Source of the DNA: Candidatus Geothermincola secundus
Lineage (GTDB): Bacteria; Actinomycetota; Geothermincolia; Geothermincolales; Geothermincolaceae
Assembly (NCBI GenBank): GCA_015711755.1
Contig: JACVIY010000002.1
Span: 1-50,867 of the forward strand
Direction of reading: 5' to 3'
Length of the DNA: 50,867 bases
The position numbers and the translations under genes are program-made. Shown here piece by piece: positions 29,775-37,793 of this stretch (positions are counted from its first letter, which is position 1; every line of letters begins with the position of its first letter). The notes beneath the pieces were generated by a model. That model made no database searches, was not told the origin of the DNA, and saw only the letters and a list, made by a program, of their open reading frames with translations.

Positions 29775-29800
29775 TGAACATATCAAGCCGATAATGTTCA
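29775..29800. promoter_or_regulatory. Palindromic operator TGAACA-N14-TGTTCA (copy 1)
   Basis: TGAACAtatcaagccgataaTGTTCA; same geometry at 31385-31410. Confidence 0.65.
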
Positions 29801-29882
29801 ATAAGCTTCCCTTAGAAGGGTTAGTGGAACACGAACCTGGTTCTTCGGCGACGCATCGGATTTGGAATCCGGCGCGCTGCTG

Positions 29883-31247
29883 TCATGAGCCGTAGAGGGC
29901 CATCAACTCCCCCAGATCCTCAAGCCGCTCCAGGCCCTTGAGCATATCAAGAGTCCTCTCCGCCACCTCGCGGCTCTTCAGCAGCTGTACGCATTCCAGG
30001 TATTTATCATGGATCTGCTCCTCGCTCATGGCATTGCCCGGCTCGCCCAGCGGTCTTTCCACATCCGCCTCGAAGACCGCCCCGTCCTTCATGGCCACGG
30101 TCAGATGGGCGGCGAAGGGGCTGACGGCCTCCCCCTCCAGGTCCTGCCAGACAAAGCGGGATATGGCCTCGGAGATATCCTCGCCGACAACCCTCTCATC
30201 GGTGAATTGGCGCACCCCCACCTTTCCGTCCAGGAGCGCGGCGCTCACGCAGAACTCCAGACTGAACTTTCCCTCCAGCCCGGAGCGGGGGCGGTGGTAA
30301 GTCAGCACGCCCCTCAGCCAGGAAGGAACCCGGCACTCCACGCGCTCCAGCGACGCTGGGTCCATATCGCCCCTGTCCTCGAGCACCTGCCGCCTTACCA
30401 GCAGCGCAGCGTCTATCGCTCCCTGGGGACCGCGGCAGCAGGGGTAGGGCTTGAAGCTCAGACCGGGGTCGAGCAATTCCCAAGGTCGTCCCAGAGAGGA
30501 GGCCATCTCGGCCGCCCGATGAGTATCCCCGGACAGGCAGCGGGCCAGGCCGTTCTCCCCGAAGAGGCAGTCGGGGTTGGCGGTGAACCTTTGTTCCGCG
30601 AGCTGCGCCGCCATGACCCCCTGCATGGCGGCGAGTCCCGCGTGCAGGGGTTTGGTCATGGTCCCGAAATTGGCGCGCACTCCGTTGGCCATGGAGCAGG
30701 CAATACCCAAAGCGTGGGCGGCTTCTTCCTCCCCAAGGCCCAGCAGCCTGCTGCAGGACGCCGCTGCTCCCAGCGTGCCCATGACGCTGGTCATATGCCA
30801 GCCGATGGCGTAGGGGTTGCCCCCCAGAGCCTGCCCCGCTTTGGCGGCGACTTCCAGCCCCGCTATGTAAGCGAGGATGCAGTCGCGCCCGCTTCTGCCC
30901 CTCTCCTCGGCTATGGCTATCACCGCCGGCACCAAAGCCACCGAGGGATGGCCGAGCATGCGGAAGCACACGTCATCGTAATCCAGGGCATGCGCCGCCG
31001 TCCCGTTGGCCAGGGCCGCCCAAGGAGCCGAGGTCTTCGAGCCGTTCAGGAGCAAGGTCGAGGACGGACGCCCCCCCAAGGCCACCGCCCACCGCGTCGC
31101 GATGCGCGAGGATTCGTCCTCCAGTCCCGCAAGGGCCACACCCATGCAGTCGATGATGGGCAGAACGGCGGCCCTCTTCGCTTCCTCCGGGATGTCCCCA
31201 TAATCCAGCCCGCATACCCAACGAGCAACATCCATCAATTCATCCAT
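29883..31247 (-). CDS. MmgE/PrpD family protein (candidate alkylsuccinate epimerase)
   Basis: NGTAAHALDYDD, HPS, NFGTMTKPLHAG, KPYPCCR, KFSLEF. Confidence 0.88.
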   Translation of the reverse strand: MDELMDVARWVCGLDYGDIPEEAKRAAVLPIIDCMGVALAGLEDESSRIATRWAVALGGRPSSTLLLNGSKTSAPWAALANGTAAHALDYDDVCFRMLGHPSVALVPAVIAIAEERGRSGRDCILAYIAGLEVAAKAGQALGGNPYAIGWHMTSVMGTLGAAASCSRLLGLGEEEAAHALGIACSMANGVRANFGTMTKPLHAGLAAMQGVMAAQLAEQRFTANPDCLFGENGLARCLSGDTHRAAEMASSLGRPWELLDPGLSFKPYPCCRGPQGAIDAALLVRRQVLEDRGDMDPASLERVECRVPSWLRGVLTYHRPRSGLEGKFSLEFCVSAALLDGKVGVRQFTDERVVGEDISEAISRFVWQDLEGEAVSPFAAHLTVAMKDGAVFEADVERPLGEPGNAMSEEQIHDKYLECVQLLKSREVAERTLDMLKGLERLEDLGELMALYGS

Positions 31248-31384
31248 CCTTCATCCCCCTTTTCACCGTGCCTTAATTGAACACTTCCCATTTAATTTGT
31301 ATGGATACGGAAAACGATTATCCCCCCAATTACCTTGGACCTCGCGGGCATCCGACCCAAAAACCGGGAAAGTGACCCTCTCGC

Positions 31385-31410
31385 TGAACATTGCGCCTTC
31401 GATTTGTTCA
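31385..31410. promoter_or_regulatory. Palindromic operator TGAACA-N14-TGTTCA (copy 2)
   Basis: TGAACAttgcgccttcgattTGTTCA in the AT-rich divergent intergenic region. Confidence 0.65.
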
Positions 31411-31446
31411 AAAATGATGAAGTTGTATAAAATAACTCGCTGATGC

Positions 31447-31476
31447 TTGACGCCTTGCCGAATCGATGCTTAATAT
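31447..31476 (+). promoter_or_regulatory. Candidate sigma70 promoter for the mutase operon
   Basis: TTGACG-N18-TAATAT. Confidence 0.55.
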
Positions 31477-31662
31477 ACGTCTTGATGCGGCCCGATCATA
31501 ACACAGCCACACGGCACTGTAAAGAAGTTCCTTTTGCGGCTATGTTTCAGCAATACAGGCAAATCTGAAGGCCAGATATATTCTTTTCCGTCACACAAAT
31601 GACGTCGCGGGGCTCCGCCTCGAAAGGCGGGACTGTGACTCGGATGAAAAGGAGATGGTGCC

Positions 31663-32079
31663 ATGGCGCGGAGTTCAACCGAACCCGGAAAGAGGGTGAG
31701 GGTCATGGTCGCCAAGCCGGGGCTGGACGGCCATGACCGAGGCGCGAAAGTCCTGGCTCTGGCTCTGAAGGATGCCGGCATGGAGGTCATCTATCTGGGA
31801 TTGCGCCAATCACCCGAGAGCATCGCCCGCAGCGCGGTGGACGAGAATGTGGACGTGGTCTGCCTCAGTTGTCTTTCGGGAGCCCACAACCACCTCTTCC
31901 CCGAAGTGGTGAGGAAGCTGCGCGAGATGGGGGCGGGGGATATCCCCGTACTGGGAGGAGGCCTCATACCGGAGGAGGACCGCGATTTCCTGAGGAGCGA
32001 GGGCGTGGCCGAGGTCTTCTCCCCCACCGTGCCGATGAAGGAGGTCGTCAGGCGTATAGAGGAGTTGGCGCAGCGATGA
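31663..32079 (+). CDS. Cobalamin-binding small subunit of acyl-CoA mutase
   Basis: AKPGLDGHDRGAK (DxHxxG), LSCLSGAH, GGGLIP. Confidence 0.93.
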   Translation: MARSSTEPGKRVRVMVAKPGLDGHDRGAKVLALALKDAGMEVIYLGLRQSPESIARSAVDENVDVVCLSCLSGAHNHLFPEVVRKLREMGAGDIPVLGGGLIPEEDRDFLRSEGVAEVFSPTVPMKEVVRRIEELAQR

Positions 32080-32133
32080 GCCGCGGCTCCCGACCGCCTC
32101 GGATGACCTTGGTCGGTGATATGGAGGTGACGG

Positions 32134-33804
32134 ATGACCAAGGATAATGATCCCGCGACGCTTCGCCAGGCTTACGAGAACTGGCGCAATGAAGTGCTGG
32201 CCCGAACCGCCGCCAAATGGGGGCGCAGCCTGGAAGACATGCCCAAGAGCGTCTATACGCCCCTTGACCTGGAGGATCACGATTACCTGAGGGATCTGGG
32301 CTTCCCCGGGCAGTATCCTTTCACCCGCGGAGTCTACCCCACCGCCATACCCGGCGGGCTCTTCGGCGTCCGCCAGTACTCCGGTTTCGGCACGGCCGAG
32401 GAGACCCGCGATCGGCTGCGCTACCTCATCGGCAGAGGCCAAGCCGGGTTCAGTCTGGCCTCAGACCTTCCCACCCAGATCGGCTACGACTCCGACCATC
32501 CCCTGGCCCGGGGAGAGATAGGCCGCATCGGGGTGGCCATCGATACATTGGAAGATTTGGACACGATCCTTGAGGCCTTCGAAGATAAGACGCAGCCCTT
32601 CGTGAGCCGCCCCTCTTTCACCGCCAACTCTCAGGCCGCGGTGATCATCGCCATGTTCGTCGCCCTTGCCGATAAATACGGGGTGCCCCTGGAGAACATC
32701 ACCGGCACCATACAAAACGACATCCTCAAGGAGTACGTGGCCCGCGGCACCTACATCTACCCGCCGCGTCCCTCGCTGAAGCTGGTGGGCGACACCATCG
32801 AGTTCTGCGCGAAGCGCATGCCCCGCTTCAACTTCATCAGCATCTCCGGCTACCATATCCGCGAGGCGGGCGCCTCACCCGCCCAAGAGATAGCCTTCAC
32901 CCTTTCCAACGGCATAGCCTATGTCGAGGAGGGCCTGCGCCGCGGCCTCTCGGTGGACGATTTCGCCCCGCGCATCTCCTTCATCTTCGCCTCGGGCATC
33001 CTCTTCTTCGAGGAAGTGGCCAAGTTCCGCGCCTGCCGGCGCATCTGGGCCAGGACCATGAAGGAGCGTTTCGGGGCATCCAAGCCTGATTCCCAGAAGC
33101 TCCGCTTCGCTTCCGGCTTCGCCGGCTCCACTTACACCTCCCGCCGCCCGCTCAACAACATCATACGAGCCACCATCGAGTGCTTCGCTTCCATAGCCGG
33201 GGGAGCCACCGGCAGCGCGGTAGCCCCCTATGACGAAGCCATCTGCCTCCCCACCGAGGAAAGCAGCCTCATCGCTCTGGACACGCCGCGCATACTGGGG
33301 TACGAGGCCAAGGTCACCGACGTTAACGACCCCCTGGGGGGGTCCTACTACGTGGAAGCCCTCACCGATCAGCTGGAGGAGGAGGCTCTCTCCATCATGC
33401 GCGTTATCGAGGACATGGGAGGAGCGGTCGCGGCAATCGAGAACGGCTACATGCAGGGGGAGATCGCCAAAGGGGCTTACGAGCAGTTCAAGCAGATGGA
33501 GTCGGGGGAGAAGACGGTGGTGGGTGTGAACCGCTTCGAGACCGAGGAGTTCACCGTATGCGAGACCTTCCGGCTGGACCCCCAGGTGGAGGAAAAACAA
33601 CTGAAGCGTCTGGCTGCGGCTAAGAAAAGGCGCGATCCCGCCGCGGTCAGGGATTCGCTGAAGCGCTTAAGGGGAGCGGCCGAGAGGGATGAGAACGTGA
33701 TGGAGCCGCTCCTGGATGCGGTCAAGCGCAATGCCACGGTGGGCGAGATATGCGACGTCTTCCGCGATGTATGGGGGGAGTACAGGCCGCCTCAGGGAAT
33801 CTGA
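32134..33804 (+). CDS. Methylmalonyl-CoA mutase-family large subunit (candidate alkylsuccinyl-CoA mutase)
   Basis: PGQYPFTRG, RQYSGFG, DLPTQIGYDSD, QNDILKEYVARG, SGYHIREAG, DPLGGSYYVE. Confidence 0.92.
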   Translation: MTKDNDPATLRQAYENWRNEVLARTAAKWGRSLEDMPKSVYTPLDLEDHDYLRDLGFPGQYPFTRGVYPTAIPGGLFGVRQYSGFGTAEETRDRLRYLIGRGQAGFSLASDLPTQIGYDSDHPLARGEIGRIGVAIDTLEDLDTILEAFEDKTQPFVSRPSFTANSQAAVIIAMFVALADKYGVPLENITGTIQNDILKEYVARGTYIYPPRPSLKLVGDTIEFCAKRMPRFNFISISGYHIREAGASPAQEIAFTLSNGIAYVEEGLRRGLSVDDFAPRISFIFASGILFFEEVAKFRACRRIWARTMKERFGASKPDSQKLRFASGFAGSTYTSRRPLNNIIRATIECFASIAGGATGSAVAPYDEAICLPTEESSLIALDTPRILGYEAKVTDVNDPLGGSYYVEALTDQLEEEALSIMRVIEDMGGAVAAIENGYMQGEIAKGAYEQFKQMESGEKTVVGVNRFETEEFTVCETFRLDPQVEEKQLKRLAAAKKRRDPAAVRDSLKRLRGAAERDENVMEPLLDAVKRNATVGEICDVFRDVWGEYRPPQGI

Positions 33805-33895
33805 AAAACGAGGCTTGAGGCGCCGGAGTGCCGTGCCCTGCGTGGACTGCCTTTGCCGCCGTCCGTCATAGATCTTTGTAAGATGAGAACAGGGG

Positions 33896-35443
33896 GTGTT
33901 CGAGATGAACGTGGGGGAGTGGGCTTATAAGCGATCCATCAACCCTCTTTCCGGGAACAAAGTGGCCTTCGTGGCCGAGGGCAGGGAATACACTTACCGC
34001 GATTTCAACAAGAGGGTCAACCGCCTGGCCAACGGCCTTCTTTCGCTGGGGCTGCGCAAAGGGGACCGCGTGGCCGGACTCTTCTTCAACTGCGTCCCCT
34101 TCATGGACGCCTATTTCGCCTGCGCCAAGTGCGGCTTCATCTGGGTGCCGCTGAACTTCCGCCTCACCGCCTCCGAGCTGGCGGGCCTCTTCGAGGATAC
34201 CCGGCCCCGCGCCTTTCTCTTCCATTCGGAGTTCAACGACCGGGTGACCGAGCTTCGGGGACTGTACGACAAACCGCTTGAACTATGGGCGGTAGCGGGC
34301 GAGCCGGTGCCCGACTTCGCCGAGGACTACGAAGCGTGGGCAGCCGGTTTCGACGATTCGGAGCCGAGGGCGCCGGAGCCGCCGGACATGGAGGACCCCC
34401 AGATGCTCATGTTCACCTCCGGTACCACCGGCAAGCCCAAAGGCGCGCTGCTGCCCCACCGCAAGACCTTCTTCAACACCTTCAACGACGTTCTCGAGCT
34501 TCTCTTCGATTCCAACGCCGTATCCCTGGTCTCCATACCCATATTCCACTCGGGGGGCATCAACATCATCACCATGCCCACCTTCTACTGCGGGGGCACG
34601 GTCATCTTCCAGAAGTTCTGGAACCCCCAGGAGGCTCTCCAGATCATCAACGACCGCAAGGTGACCCATTTCGGGGCGGTGCCCACCATGCTGCAGATGA
34701 TGCTGGACGTGCCCGACTTCGAGCGCTATGACCTGAGCTCCCTGCGGGGAGTGGGCATCGGCGGCTCTCCCGCCTCCCGGGAGCTCCTGGAGAACATCCG
34801 CGACCGCATGAAAGTGCCCCTGGTGGCCCAGGTCTTCGGATGCACCGAGACCTCGGTGGTATGCTACTGCACCAACATGGAGAAGATAGGCAGCGCGGGG
34901 CTGCCCCAGTTCCTGGGAGACGTCAAGGTGATCAAGGAGGACGGGAGCGAGGTCACTCCAGGTTCCGGTGAAGTGGGGGAGGTCTGCGCCAGGGGGCCCA
35001 TGGTCATGTTGGGTTACTGGAACAACCCCGAGGCCACCGCCGAGGCCATCGTCGACGGCTGGTTCCACTTCGGCGACCTGGCCACCGTGGACGAGGACGG
35101 ATACATCTACATAGTCGACCGCAAGAAGGACATGATCATCAGCGGCGGCGAGAACATCTATCCCGCCGAGGTCGAGAAGGTGCTGTCCACCCACCCCGCC
35201 GTCGCCGACGTGGCGGTGATCGGCGCGCCCGATCCAAAATGGGGCGAGGTGGGGCTGGCCCTGGTGGTCCCGCGGGAGGGGCGGGAAATAACCCTTCAGG
35301 AAATAGAGGATTTCTGCGAAGGCAAACTGGCCCGCTATAAGATACCCAAGCAGCTTTTAAAGGTGGAGTCCATCCCCCGCACCCTCACCGGTAAGATACT
35401 GAAGAAGGAGCTGCGGCAGGCCTACCTGGAACAGCGGAGCTGA
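33896..35443 (+). CDS. AMP-forming acyl-CoA synthetase (AssK-like)
   Basis: FTSGTTGKPKG, FGCTE, GDLATVDEDG, IVDRKKDMIISGGENIYP, TGKILK. Confidence 0.92.
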   Translation: MFEMNVGEWAYKRSINPLSGNKVAFVAEGREYTYRDFNKRVNRLANGLLSLGLRKGDRVAGLFFNCVPFMDAYFACAKCGFIWVPLNFRLTASELAGLFEDTRPRAFLFHSEFNDRVTELRGLYDKPLELWAVAGEPVPDFAEDYEAWAAGFDDSEPRAPEPPDMEDPQMLMFTSGTTGKPKGALLPHRKTFFNTFNDVLELLFDSNAVSLVSIPIFHSGGINIITMPTFYCGGTVIFQKFWNPQEALQIINDRKVTHFGAVPTMLQMMLDVPDFERYDLSSLRGVGIGGSPASRELLENIRDRMKVPLVAQVFGCTETSVVCYCTNMEKIGSAGLPQFLGDVKVIKEDGSEVTPGSGEVGEVCARGPMVMLGYWNNPEATAEAIVDGWFHFGDLATVDEDGYIYIVDRKKDMIISGGENIYPAEVEKVLSTHPAVADVAVIGAPDPKWGEVGLALVVPREGREITLQEIEDFCEGKLARYKIPKQLLKVESIPRTLTGKILKKELRQAYLEQRS

Positions 35444-35485
35444 AAAGCGGGTAAAGGGGCAGAGGGGCGAGGAGGAGGAACGGTG

Positions 35486-36286
35486 ATGACCGAAGGGAAC
35501 GAGCTGTTGGTGGAGAGAGACGGGCCGGTGGCACTGCTGACCCTGAACCGCCCGGAGAAGCGCAACGCCCTGTCCTCTTCCCTTCTGGTGTCGCTGGTCG
35601 GGGCCCTGCGGGACCTGGAAGCGGAGGGCGAGGTGCGCTGCGTGGTCCTGCGCGGGGCCGGCGATAAGGCCTTTTCCGCCGGGATGGACCTCTCCGCTCT
35701 GCCGGAAGGCATACCCGCCGACATACAGTCCCTCATCGAGGAGAAGGGGCCGCTGGCCTACGGCCTGGACGCGGTGGAGGAATGCCCGCTCCCGGTCATC
35801 GCCATGATCCGCGGTTGGTGCCTGGGGGCGGGCTGCGAAACCGCCATGGCCTGCGATCTGCGGGTGGGCGCCGCGGGGTGCCGCATGGGCATGCCGCCGG
35901 CGCGCCTGGGCATCGTCTACCCGCCGGAGGGCCTAAACCGCTTCTTACGCGCCGTCGGGCCCTCGGTGACCCGCAAGATATTCCTCACCGCGCGCTACTT
36001 CGAGGGCGAGGAGGCGCTGGCCGGCGGGATGCTGCACTACCTGGTGCCGGACGACCGGCTGGAGGAGTTCACCATGGATCTGGCGCGTGAGGTGGCCGGG
36101 CTCGCTCCCCTTTCCCTGGCCGGGCATAAGCGCTCCCTTTTCCACCTCACCCGCCCGTCCCCTCTTTCCGCGGAGGCGCGGTCGGAGATCGACGGGCTGA
36201 TGGCCCGGGCCCTGGCCAGCGAGGATGCCCGCGAGGGCCTGGCCGCCTTCGTCCAGAAGAGGGAGCCGCGTTTCACCGGAAAGTAG
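35486..36286 (+). CDS. Crotonase-superfamily protein (AssJ-like; possible acyl-malonyl-CoA decarboxylase)
   Basis: LNRPEKRNAL, FSAGMDL, CLGAGCE, MPPARLGIVY, EDAREG. Confidence 0.88.
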   Translation: MTEGNELLVERDGPVALLTLNRPEKRNALSSSLLVSLVGALRDLEAEGEVRCVVLRGAGDKAFSAGMDLSALPEGIPADIQSLIEEKGPLAYGLDAVEECPLPVIAMIRGWCLGAGCETAMACDLRVGAAGCRMGMPPARLGIVYPPEGLNRFLRAVGPSVTRKIFLTARYFEGEEALAGGMLHYLVPDDRLEEFTMDLAREVAGLAPLSLAGHKRSLFHLTRPSPLSAEARSEIDGLMARALASEDAREGLAAFVQKREPRFTGK

Positions 36287-36315
36287 CAGTGGGGGCCCCT
36301 TCCCATCACGAGAAG

Positions 36316-36340
36316 AGGCGGGGCCTTAAAACCCCCGCCT
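36316..36340. terminator. Hairpin between convergent genes
   Basis: AGGCGGGG-loop-CCCCGCCT; no long U tract. Confidence 0.4.
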
Positions 36341-36367
36341 TGCTAGGAGATAAGCCCGGTCGCCTTT

Positions 36368-36745
36368 TCAGCTGCTCTTCCAGAGCCCGTGGAGGTTGCA
36401 GTACTCGCGGGCGGTGACACCCTCTCGGGGAACCGCGAACCTGCCCTCGGGAGCTATGCCCGGCTTGAGGAAGATGCGGAAAGAAGAGTCGCCGGCGACG
36501 ATCTGCACCCACTCGATATAATGGTCGTCCTGCATGGGGTGAGCCACCTCGCCCACCTTGACCAGCACGCCGTCCTCGGCGACCTCCACCACGGGTACGT
36601 GTTTCTCCACCGCGGCGTCCACCATTCCCTCGACCTGCAGCGCCATGGGCTGCCCGCAGCAGACCAGCTCGCCCTTGCCCGCGTGCAGCACTTCCACGAT
36701 GTTCCCGCAGATCTCGCACTTGTAGACCTGTAGCCTTTCCGTCAT
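36368..36745 (-). CDS. dfx: Desulfoferrodoxin (2Fe superoxide reductase)
   Basis: YKCEICGNIV...CCGQPM, EKHVP, HPMQDDHYIEW, YCNLHGLW. Confidence 0.96.
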   Translation of the reverse strand: MTERLQVYKCEICGNIVEVLHAGKGELVCCGQPMALQVEGMVDAAVEKHVPVVEVAEDGVLVKVGEVAHPMQDDHYIEWVQIVAGDSSFRIFLKPGIAPEGRFAVPREGVTAREYCNLHGLWKSS

Positions 36746-36867
36746 CGACCGATACCTCCTTCGCTCCGTTATATCCACGCGCCTGCGATACCGGGTTTTC
36801 TTATACCCGGTAGGGCGAGGCGGTAAACGATAGGGGCGGACCCGCGGAAGGCAGGGAAAGGAGCGCT

Positions 36868-37215
36868 CTACCCCTGTTCTTTGTTGAACATCTCGAAGAG
36901 CATGTGGGGGGATATGGCATCCTCGCGGTGCTCGCTGGCGTAATCGTCGATATAGGGGACCGCCAGTTTGTTCCAGGTCTCGTGATCCCAAGGGTTGTCG
37001 TTTAGGATGAGGGCCACGGCGTAACTCTCCCCGTCATTGGTCATGGCCTGTATCTCGCAGGCGGAGATTTTCTCCTCCAACATGCGCGTCAAGGCGTCGC
37101 GGAGGATGGTCAGAGCCGCGCTGTTGCCAACGATGCTTGCCTTATCGTGGTAGAAGAACTGGGAGAATATATGTAGAAGGGGATACTCCAATCTCTCACA
37201 CCTCCTCGAGGGCAC
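36868..37215 (-). CDS. Hypothetical protein
   Basis: Protein-like ORF (HDKASIVGNSAAL...NDGESY...LAVPY); start uncertain. Confidence 0.6.
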   Translation of the reverse strand: MPSRRCERLEYPLLHIFSQFFYHDKASIVGNSAALTILRDALTRMLEEKISACEIQAMTNDGESYAVALILNDNPWDHETWNKLAVPYIDDYASEHREDAISPHMLFEMFNKEQG

Positions 37216-37407
37216 CCGTGCCCCGCTCCATGTGCCTCTTTCCCGCTACCCTCGCCTCACGCGACGATCATTTGCCGAATCTCCTATCGGCAGAATCCGT
37301 TCATTTCTTCAGCCATGGCCTCGACGACAAGATTTTACGACCTGAAGCGGATCCGTAGCAAGATGAGCGGAGGCCCAGCTACGGTCTTCCGCCATTCGCC
37401 GACCCCC

Positions 37408-37448
37408 TGAGGAAAAAGCCTTTCCGCCGAGAGCGGGCTTTTTCCTCA
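37408..37448. terminator. 13-bp inverted repeat, possible bidirectional terminator upstream of the tRNA
   Basis: TGAGGAAAAAGCC...GGCTTTTTCCTCA. Confidence 0.5.
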
Positions 37449-37489
37449 ACGTTGCGGAGGGTTCGCCGCTGATGGTTTATAATCCTGAT

Positions 37490-37565
37490 GGGCCGCTAGC
37501 TCAGTCGGCAGAGCACCGGACTTTTAATCCGGGTGTCCTGGGTTCGAGCCCCAGGCGGCCCACCA
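37490..37565 (+). tRNA. tRNA-Lys (UUU)
   Basis: GGGCCGC acceptor stem, TAGCTCAG, CCGGA-CT-TTT-AA-TCCGG anticodon arm, GGTTCGAG T-loop, encoded CCA; TATAAT at 37478-37483. Confidence 0.97.
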
Positions 37566-37793
37566 GCAAAACCGCGCTTGAGAGGCTCGATTGCCTCCCC
37601 GCACCGATCTCTCCGTAAGGATGTTCCTTTCCTTATGAGCGCTTTCCTAACCGTAATCATTGAACCACTTCCGAAAATACATGCTATCCTATAATGATGA
37701 AAAACATGGACCGCAAGGCCCGCTCGATGCGGAAGAGGCCGCGGCAGCGGGGCTGTGATCGGAGGCGGGACGGCTCGAAGGAGGTCGAAGCGG

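Noticed and set aside
31480-31660. Cobalamin riboswitch ahead of the B12 mutase (hairpin CCGCCT-CGAA-AGGCGG near 31615-31630)
   Set aside because: Only a simple hairpin; no recognisable B12-box or conserved core
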